This document shows, one piece after another, positions 1 to 5,608 of a stretch of DNA of 26,170 nt (positions within the stretch are counted from its first letter, which is position 1; the number at the start of each line of letters is the position of its first letter). The notes beneath the pieces are model-generated. The model worked only from the letters and a program-made list of their open reading frames with translations, made no database searches and was not told the origin of the DNA. The stretch is from a virus (lineage: Duplodnaviria > Caudoviricetes), in IMG/VR virus record IMGVR_UViG_3300028585_000060, positions 1-26,170 of that record. One strand, 5' to 3'. Position numbers and translations under genes: made by a program.

Positions 1-218
1 CGCTCGAACTGCGCGTGTTCGATTCGCTGATCGACCGGTACGCCGTCGTGCAACTGCCGATCCTGCCGCTCGTCAAACGCGGCGCGCGGCTCGTCTCGGG
101 GCATTATGCGGACGAATTCGCAGAGGCAGATTGTGCGTTACCGCAACTAGCGATGGCCCACCCGCGGCCAGCATCGGGGAAGCGCTGTACTTTAGAGAGG
201 CGTACGGTAGCATCAGCT

Positions 219-590
219 ATGGGAAGTTTGATCGAACGCATATTCCGCTTCATCGAAATGATTGGCATTACGGCTCTGATCGCGTCGATTTTTGGAACGG
301 TATATCCCGAATTTGCGGAGATCGCGGTGGGATTTCTGTCTGCCGCGGCGTCGGCATATCTGGTGCTGCCAGTTTACGAATATTGTAGAGGTGCTGTTTC
401 GGAAGGTGGAACACGACGGTCACAGATCGTCGGCTCGATCGTCACCGTTTTGCTCTTTTTGGGCGTCGAGTCCCTTATCAGCTACAAGGTTGTCCTCACG
501 ACGGCAAAGTTGATTAATTCGAAGATCAGCCCGCCGGTCGAAAAGGCGCCTATGAATCGGGGGAAAACCGTGCAGCCTCGCCCGTCGTAA
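219..590 (+). CDS. Hypothetical membrane protein (~123 aa, about 3 TM helices); frame is also open upstream to the window edge
   Basis: ATG at 219 (MGSLIERIF...), three hydrophobic stretches, TAA at 588-590; lower GC than bases 1-120; start uncertain because the frame is open from base 3. Confidence 0.55.
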   Translation: MGSLIERIFRFIEMIGITALIASIFGTVYPEFAEIAVGFLSAAASAYLVLPVYEYCRGAVSEGGTRRSQIVGSIVTVLLFLGVESLISYKVVLTTAKLINSKISPPVEKAPMNRGKTVQPRPS

Positions 591-592
591 AG

Positions 593-640
593 ACGGGTCT
601 TCGCAGGGAGTAGGAATCGTACGTTATCAGACTGGCTAGC
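593..640. repeat. Direct repeat R1, copy 1 (partner 2847-2894)
   Basis: acgggtcttcgcagggagtaggaatcgtacgttatcagactggctagc aligns ungapped with 2847-2894 at 40/48 identity (manual count). Confidence 0.9.
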
Positions 641-645
641 TTGCT

Positions 646-782
646 GTTTTCCGTGTCACAGCACGAACCGTGTGCGTCCGACCGGGCCTTAAACAATAGT
701 GGAATATCAAAGCCATACGCTGTCTAACCTGCGCTGGATCGACGACGGTGTTCTGCGGCGTCCCGCCGCAGGTGTCTAACCT
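646..782. repeat. Direct repeat R2, copy 1 (partner 1843-1999), with iterated tgtctaacct motifs
   Basis: 646-668 matches 1843-1865 at 22/23; 721-782 matches 1938-1999 at 47/62 ungapped; the middle aligns with an ~20-nt indel. Confidence 0.9.
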
Positions 783-790
783 GCGGCGGG
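762..790. terminator. Perfect 11-bp inverted repeat downstream of the methyltransferase (possible terminator or protein-binding site)
   Basis: cccgccgcagg-tgtctaa-cctgcggcggg; no clear U-tract. Confidence 0.4.
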
Positions 791-808
791 TGCCATTCTG
801 CGGTGTTT

Positions 809-1657
809 TTAGAGGAAGGTAGCCTGCGCGGAAGGTGGACGGCCGGCGCTGACTATCAACTCCGTCACGCGTTTGCTCCCCGCCTCCGAGTTAGTCCCGA
901 TCGTCCAGGTCGTTTCGACGGTCTCAATATCAAACCGCGCGAACACGTCACGAGCGCCTTCCGTATCGTTGATCGAGAGAATGAAGCTTCCCGCGATACC
1001 GGCCAGCATGTCCGCGAGGCGCTCAAAGTCGGCACGCTCGAAGGCATCTCGGCCGTAGTCCTTTTCGGAGCCCCAATATGGCGGATCAAGATAGAACAGT
1101 GTGCTCTCACTGTCGTAGAGGCGGATCACTTCCGCGTAAGGCAGCTGCTCAACGACGACACCCGCTAGGCGCTCATTAATGTCTGCCAGCATTGGCTCCA
1201 GCTTCGTGATGTCGAAGCGTCCCGGTGTAGCCTTGCTCACGCCGAACGACCGACCAGCAACCTTCCCGCCGAACGCAAGGCGCTGAAGGTAGAGGAAGCG
1301 TGCGGCCCGCTGAAGGTCGGTCAGGCGGCCGGCCGGGATAGCTAAAAGCCGTTCGAACTCCGACCGGCTTGATATCCGCCACCGCAGCATGTCGACGAAG
1401 TAGGGGTAATGTTCCTGAAGGACCCGGTAGAGCGTCGCAACGTCACCAGACAGATCGTTGATGACCTCGACGCTGGGACGGAGAGACCGACGCAGGAACA
1501 CGCCTCCCATTCCAACGAATGGCTCGACATAGATGTCATGCGGAACCGCATCGATCATCGAGCAGATGCGGGTGGCTAGATTGCGTTTGCCACCGATGTA
1601 TGGCGCGGCCGGGGATACCGGACGCACTGAGGTAAGATTCGACTCCATGGGTTTCAT
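809..1657 (-). CDS. D12-class N6-adenine DNA methyltransferase (Dam-like, orphan)
   Basis: PYIGGK, EPFVGMGGV (SAM-binding motif I), INDL and YLDPPY (catalytic motif IV); alternative ATG at 1648. Confidence 0.93.
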   Translation of the reverse strand: MKPMESNLTSVRPVSPAAPYIGGKRNLATRICSMIDAVPHDIYVEPFVGMGGVFLRRSLRPSVEVINDLSGDVATLYRVLQEHYPYFVDMLRWRISSRSEFERLLAIPAGRLTDLQRAARFLYLQRLAFGGKVAGRSFGVSKATPGRFDITKLEPMLADINERLAGVVVEQLPYAEVIRLYDSESTLFYLDPPYWGSEKDYGRDAFERADFERLADMLAGIAGSFILSINDTEGARDVFARFDIETVETTWTIGTNSEAGSKRVTELIVSAGRPPSAQATFL

Positions 1658-1668
1658 GTCTCACAGGA

Positions 1669-1833
1669 GCCCCGCCTGGTGCACAGGTGCGGGGCGTTGC
1701 GGCTAGGCCAGCCGCTCGTGACGGATCTCAGGTCCGTCGGTTGCCGTGTTGACGCACGGCACCCCCGCTCGGCCTTACGGCCGGCGAGGGTGTTCTTGAA
1801 TTTCGGTTAGCGCACCCGAATGCGGGTCTGCGC
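1669..1833 (-). ncRNA. Putative structured RNA leader of the methyltransferase (six consecutive hairpins)
   Basis: Stems at 1810-1833, 1761-1791 (GUAA tetraloop and a U-G pair on the minus strand), 1742-1761, 1720-1738, 1699-1715, 1669-1695; ends 11 nt before the ATG. Confidence 0.6.
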
Positions 1834-1842
1834 CGGGAAGGC

Positions 1843-1999
1843 GTTTTCCGTGTCAAAGCACGAACATGGGCGTTCAACCTCTGGGAATGACGCGCCCGGA
1901 GGGCTTTCAACAATTGTGCAAACTCAATGGCATAGGTTGTCTAACCTTGGCCGGAATGGCGACGGCGTTCTGCGGCGTCCCACGCTGAATGGCTAACCT
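1843..1999. repeat. Direct repeat R2, copy 2
   Basis: See 646-782; contains tgtcaaagc, gttcaacct, tgtctaacct, tggctaacct in the same orientation. Confidence 0.9.
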
Positions 2000-2043
2000 T
2001 TCTTCGCGCTCCGTATGATAAGATCGGGGTAAGGAGAGAGCTA

Positions 2044-2841
2044 TTGTCACGAGACTTACTACGCCAGCTACCGTGCGTGATAGATGCCGACCAGCGCCTG
2101 AAATACGGGGTAGTTCAGGCCATGGTTGAAATGGCTGAGTGTGCGCTTTCCGCTCTGATGATCCATCTTGAAGGTTTTGGGGAGGCCGAACAGGATGCCA
2201 AACCTGACATACAAAAGATCAACCACTCGATGATGTTGGCGTGGAGTATTATAGATCAGGCCGACCTTCTCCGGCATCTTATAGAGTCAGAATCCGATGC
2301 AATCTTAATAAGAGAAAAAGGGCCATTTTTGAAAGTGGCCGCAGACGTGAAAAAAGCGCGAAACTGGATGAGGCATATCCCACAAAGGGTAGCGGATTAC
2401 CGAAAAAAGAGCGAGGCAATGCCACCAATCCTTGGTGCCCTGTCGTTCACGAAGATTGTAAATGCGACGGTCCCTCTAGAACGAGGCAAGGTGATTTCAG
2501 AGTCTCATTGTCTAGAATACCACGCGATCGTGCTTGTAAACACTGCATTGGAACGAGACACACAATTCGATGGGGAGCCAATTCAATACAAAGAGTTCAA
2601 AGTTCCGATCGACAATATCGTTTTACAGGCGTTCGGGATCGCTCTTCCATTGAAGCCCCTCGTGCAATCGATGGGGGCGTTTGCTGACGCGCTTGGAGCT
2701 AGCATTCAAAGGTGGCTTGATAACGATATGCCGAGAACCCTGCCTCAGCACGTCAGTCTTGCAGCGGCGTTAAAACCGGCAATGGTGTCCGGCGATATTT
2801 ATCGCATGGTTGCTCGTCGGGACTTTCCGGGAAACCGTTGA
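2044..2841 (+). CDS. Hypothetical accessory (moron) protein with HEPN-like RxxxxH motif; candidate toxin or anti-phage RNase
   Basis: TTG start after AAGGAG; TATGAT -10-like box at 2014-2019; visibly AT-richer than phage core; helical N-terminal half with RNWMRH at 2359-2376. Confidence 0.7.
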   Translation: MSRDLLRQLPCVIDADQRLKYGVVQAMVEMAECALSALMIHLEGFGEAEQDAKPDIQKINHSMMLAWSIIDQADLLRHLIESESDAILIREKGPFLKVAADVKKARNWMRHIPQRVADYRKKSEAMPPILGALSFTKIVNATVPLERGKVISESHCLEYHAIVLVNTALERDTQFDGEPIQYKEFKVPIDNIVLQAFGIALPLKPLVQSMGAFADALGASIQRWLDNDMPRTLPQHVSLAAALKPAMVSGDIYRMVARRDFPGNR

Positions 2842-2846
2842 TCAAT

Positions 2847-2894
2847 ACGGGTCTGTGCCGGGAACAGGAATCGTGCGTTATCGGACTGCCTAGC
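2847..2894. repeat. Direct repeat R1, copy 2
   Basis: 40/48 identity with 593-640; both copies start within a few bases after the stop codon of a plus-strand accessory gene. Confidence 0.9.
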
Positions 2895-2924
2895 CGAATC
2901 GATCGCATCCTGTTGTAAGAGCGT

Positions 2925-3218
2925 ATGACCGACCCCGCCCCCATGACCTTGGCGAACATGCGCGCGATCGGGATCCGGACCCTGTCAGTGCATTGCCGTT
3001 GCGGCCGAGAGAGTGAGGTCAACGTCGACCGGTTCGACGGCGCCCTCGTCGTTATCCGCATGCATCAGCACTTCCGCTGCGGAGAATGCGGGCAGCGGCC
3101 CCAGTCCGTTCGCCCCGGCCCTATGGAGCGCAACGCGATCGGGGGAGGTAGCGGGCACTGGACGGGAGAGCGAGACCCGCCCTACCGCCCAGATGATGAG
3201 GCCCTGTTGATGCGCTGA
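2925..3218 (+). CDS. Small zinc-ribbon-like hypothetical protein
   Basis: HCRCGR ... FRCGECGQR cysteine pairs; GC-rich codon usage; converges neatly on 3226. Confidence 0.75.
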   Translation: MTDPAPMTLANMRAIGIRTLSVHCRCGRESEVNVDRFDGALVVIRMHQHFRCGECGQRPQSVRPGPMERNAIGGGSGHWTGERDPPYRPDDEALLMR

Positions 3219-3225
3219 ACCGCGG

Positions 3226-4362
3226 TCAGCGGGGGAGGACGCAGCCCTTACCCAGCATCACGGTCGCCTTGGCTCCGGCGACCAGCGTCTTTCCTGTAAA
3301 CCGGTCCAAGTCGCATGCGTCGATCGTCAGCTTGCCCCCGGCCTTGTCTACCTTGATCAGGTTGCTGCCCCCGATCGCGATCAGCTTGGCGATGTGTACG
3401 TCCGCGGTTGCCGCGCCCAGCTGGACGTGGGCATAGCCGGGGTTCTCGGACGTCAGCGTGCCGGCCGTGACCTTGGCCCAGAACCGGTAGCTGTAGTGCC
3501 CGATGTTCGCGACACGGATGCGATCCAGCGTGGTCATCGCCTTCGTGTCGATACCTCCATCGGTGCAGTCGTGGAGATAGAGGTCAATTGCCGTGAAGCT
3601 GTCGCCGCGCTCCGCTGCGATGCAGTCGGCGTTCGCATACTTCTTGGGATCGGCCAGTTCCGTCTTGAACCCGCTGATCTCGCCTCGCCGGATCGTGATG
3701 TTGTACGCGCCGTCCATCACAATACCGCCTGGGATGTCGCCGGGCGACGTGTTGACCCCCGACCCCGTGATGCGGAAGTCTTGGACGACCCAGTTCGACG
3801 ACCCGTTGCGGATGAAGATGCCGCGCTTGCGGGAGGTGATCGCGAACCGTTGCAGCGTCACGTTGTTGATCGGCGTATAGGCGCTGGTCTTGCTCGATCG
3901 GGGCTGCGTCGTGATGCCCTCGCGCGACGCGTCGATGCGGAAATCCTGCACCGTACGGGGCGACTGGTCCCAGACGTCCGGCTTCTCGACGCGGAACAAC
4001 ACGCAATCCAGGGCTCGGCTTGCCCAGAAGTCGCCCGTGACCCCGGGGCGGGGATAGAGGCACGCGCCGCTGCTGCCATAGTCCTTGGCTGCGGTCGTGA
4101 TGCGTGCTGCGGCAATGGCCGTGACGATCGGCGCGGCCGGCGCGGGACAAGGCACCGCCACGCTGTAGCGCCAGGGCGGACCACCCTCGCACTCGAAGAC
4201 CGTCGCCCCTTTCTTAACTGAAGGCGTGGTCTTCGCGTTGGCGATGATGATCCCCGGCGTCGCTGGGCTGTTGTCTGACAAGCGAACCGGAGAGGTGACG
4301 ATCGTTTGTGCAGTACCGGCACAGGCCACAAGAGCCCCAATGGCCGCAAGGTAACGAAGCAT
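3226..4362 (-). CDS. Exported right-handed beta-helix (pectin-lyase fold) protein; putative polysaccharide lyase/glycanase
   Basis: ATG 4362 after GAAAGGAA; N-terminal signal MLRYLAAIGALVACAGTA (possible LVAC lipobox); beta-helix-type repeats; YANADCIAAERG...DGGIDTK motif. Confidence 0.75.
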   Translation of the reverse strand: MLRYLAAIGALVACAGTAQTIVTSPVRLSDNSPATPGIIIANAKTTPSVKKGATVFECEGGPPWRYSVAVPCPAPAAPIVTAIAAARITTAAKDYGSSGACLYPRPGVTGDFWASRALDCVLFRVEKPDVWDQSPRTVQDFRIDASREGITTQPRSSKTSAYTPINNVTLQRFAITSRKRGIFIRNGSSNWVVQDFRITGSGVNTSPGDIPGGIVMDGAYNITIRRGEISGFKTELADPKKYANADCIAAERGDSFTAIDLYLHDCTDGGIDTKAMTTLDRIRVANIGHYSYRFWAKVTAGTLTSENPGYAHVQLGAATADVHIAKLIAIGGSNLIKVDKAGGKLTIDACDLDRFTGKTLVAGAKATVMLGKGCVLPR

Positions 4363-4491
4363 TGCAGTTCCTTTCGAATGATGCTGACGCGAAGTTGTGT
4401 CAAAGCGGGCCAAGCCGAGCCAAGAGCTGATCGTATTATCGTCAGCACTCATTATGACCGGGCGAGGGAAAACAGGGGGCGCGCCATTTCA

Positions 4492-5562
4492 ATGACTAAG
4501 TCGGAAACTCTTCAACCTGCTGGCTCGAAACGGCGCATTGGCTGGATCGACGCTGCCAAGGGCACATCGATAATCCTCGTCACGTTCTATCACGTATCCC
4601 AATTTGGTAAGGCGCTCGGGTTCCACGTCGATGCCATGCAAGGCGTTAGTGAGCTTCTCACGCCTATCCGCATGCCTCTCTTTTTCGCGGCAGCCGGTCT
4701 GACCGCGGGATCCGTTCTTTCCGAAAGCTGGCGCTCGCTCTGGAATCGGAGGCTAAGTTTGTATGCGTGGGTATTTACGCTGTGGGCTGGACTTTCCTGC
4801 CTCTTCTTTGCAGCTGTGCCGCATCCCCGACATCCGACCGTTTTCCCGACCATTGAGTCGTACTTCGAGAATCTTATCGTGCCCGAAAACGAACTGTGGT
4901 TCTTGTGGTGCCTTGGCCTTTTTTACCTGATTGCCTGGGTCGGGGTTCGGCATCCGAGGATTGTACTTATAGGGGCGCTAGCCGCCGCTGGTCTGGGTTT
5001 CGTATTAGGCGAAACCACACAGATGTCGTCGGAGGCATTGCCGCTTCCGATCACGAACAGCCTGAAGTATTTTGTCTTCTTCATCGGCGCTGCTCGATTC
5101 CGTTCGACCGCTACGGCGTTGGTAGCCGGCAAATATAAATCGACGTGCTGTCTCGTCGGCGCTTACACCGTGCTCACCTTCACATCGCATTATCTGGACG
5201 GCAACGGCTTCGGAGGCCTGGTCAAAATGACGGCCGCTTTTGTTGGTGTTTTTGCCGTTGGGAACGCTCTAGCAATTATCTTGCGTGCCGCTCCCAGCAT
5301 TGGCGGTCTCTTATCCTGGGTGGGTGAACGGACGTTGCCGATTTACCTGCTGCAAGCGCCGCTGATCACTGCTCTGTATTATACTGCGATGGCTGTCCTG
5401 CCTATGTCGGGCGTAATGCTAACGCTGTTGCCCATCGTCGTATTTGCGGTTTCTCCGCCCTTGGCACTTGTATTTTATCATGTGACGCGTGCGAGGCTAT
5501 GGTGGCTCTACATGCCGCCTCGATGGTCTAGTTTGCCGATAAGAGCCGGTGAAGCCGTGTAG
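4492..5562 (+). CDS. Acyltransferase family 3 (OafA/Oac/YcfT-like) membrane O-acyltransferase
   Basis: RIGWIDAAKG...ILVTFYH, RMPLFF, LWFLWCL, GERTLPIYLLQ motifs; about 10 TM segments; lower GC; opposite strand to the phage late operon. Confidence 0.9.
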   Translation: MTKSETLQPAGSKRRIGWIDAAKGTSIILVTFYHVSQFGKALGFHVDAMQGVSELLTPIRMPLFFAAAGLTAGSVLSESWRSLWNRRLSLYAWVFTLWAGLSCLFFAAVPHPRHPTVFPTIESYFENLIVPENELWFLWCLGLFYLIAWVGVRHPRIVLIGALAAAGLGFVLGETTQMSSEALPLPITNSLKYFVFFIGAARFRSTATALVAGKYKSTCCLVGAYTVLTFTSHYLDGNGFGGLVKMTAAFVGVFAVGNALAIILRAAPSIGGLLSWVGERTLPIYLLQAPLITALYYTAMAVLPMSGVMLTLLPIVVFAVSPPLALVFYHVTRARLWWLYMPPRWSSLPIRAGEAV

Positions 5563-5563
5563 G

Positions 5564-5592
5564 ACAGGTGGCGCGACAGTAGCGCCACCTGT
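5564..5592. terminator. Hairpin between convergent genes (likely bidirectional terminator)
   Basis: acaggtggcgc-gacagta-gcgccacctgt, perfect 11-bp stem between stops at 5562 and 5609. Confidence 0.7.
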
Positions 5593-5608
5593 TCATCTGC
5601 GTAGTAAC

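Noticed and set aside
1728-1913. 61-aa minus-strand ORF or Com-like activator upstream of the methyltransferase
   Set aside because: No CxxC pairs and no RBS; it overlaps repeat R2' and the hairpin cluster.
722-1999. gtctaac motifs as integron attC sites (RYYYAAC)
   Set aside because: The motifs are all in the same orientation; no partner GTTRRRY at a suitable distance and no long attC-type palindrome.
809-2841. Type II restriction-modification pair (methyltransferase plus geneB)
   Set aside because: No convincing PD-(D/E)xK, HNH or GIY-YIG motif seen in geneB, and the two genes differ in composition and are separated by R2'; not fully excluded without a profile search.
593-2894. CRISPR array or type III toxin-antitoxin tandem repeats
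   Set aside because: Only two diverged copies of each repeat, separated by whole genes; no regular spacers and no cas genes.
4306-4491. Longer N-termini given by the ORF track for 4306-5562 and 3226-4452
   Set aside because: They would overlap head-to-head; ATGs at 4492 and 4362 give family-typical N-termini and leave a divergent promoter gap.
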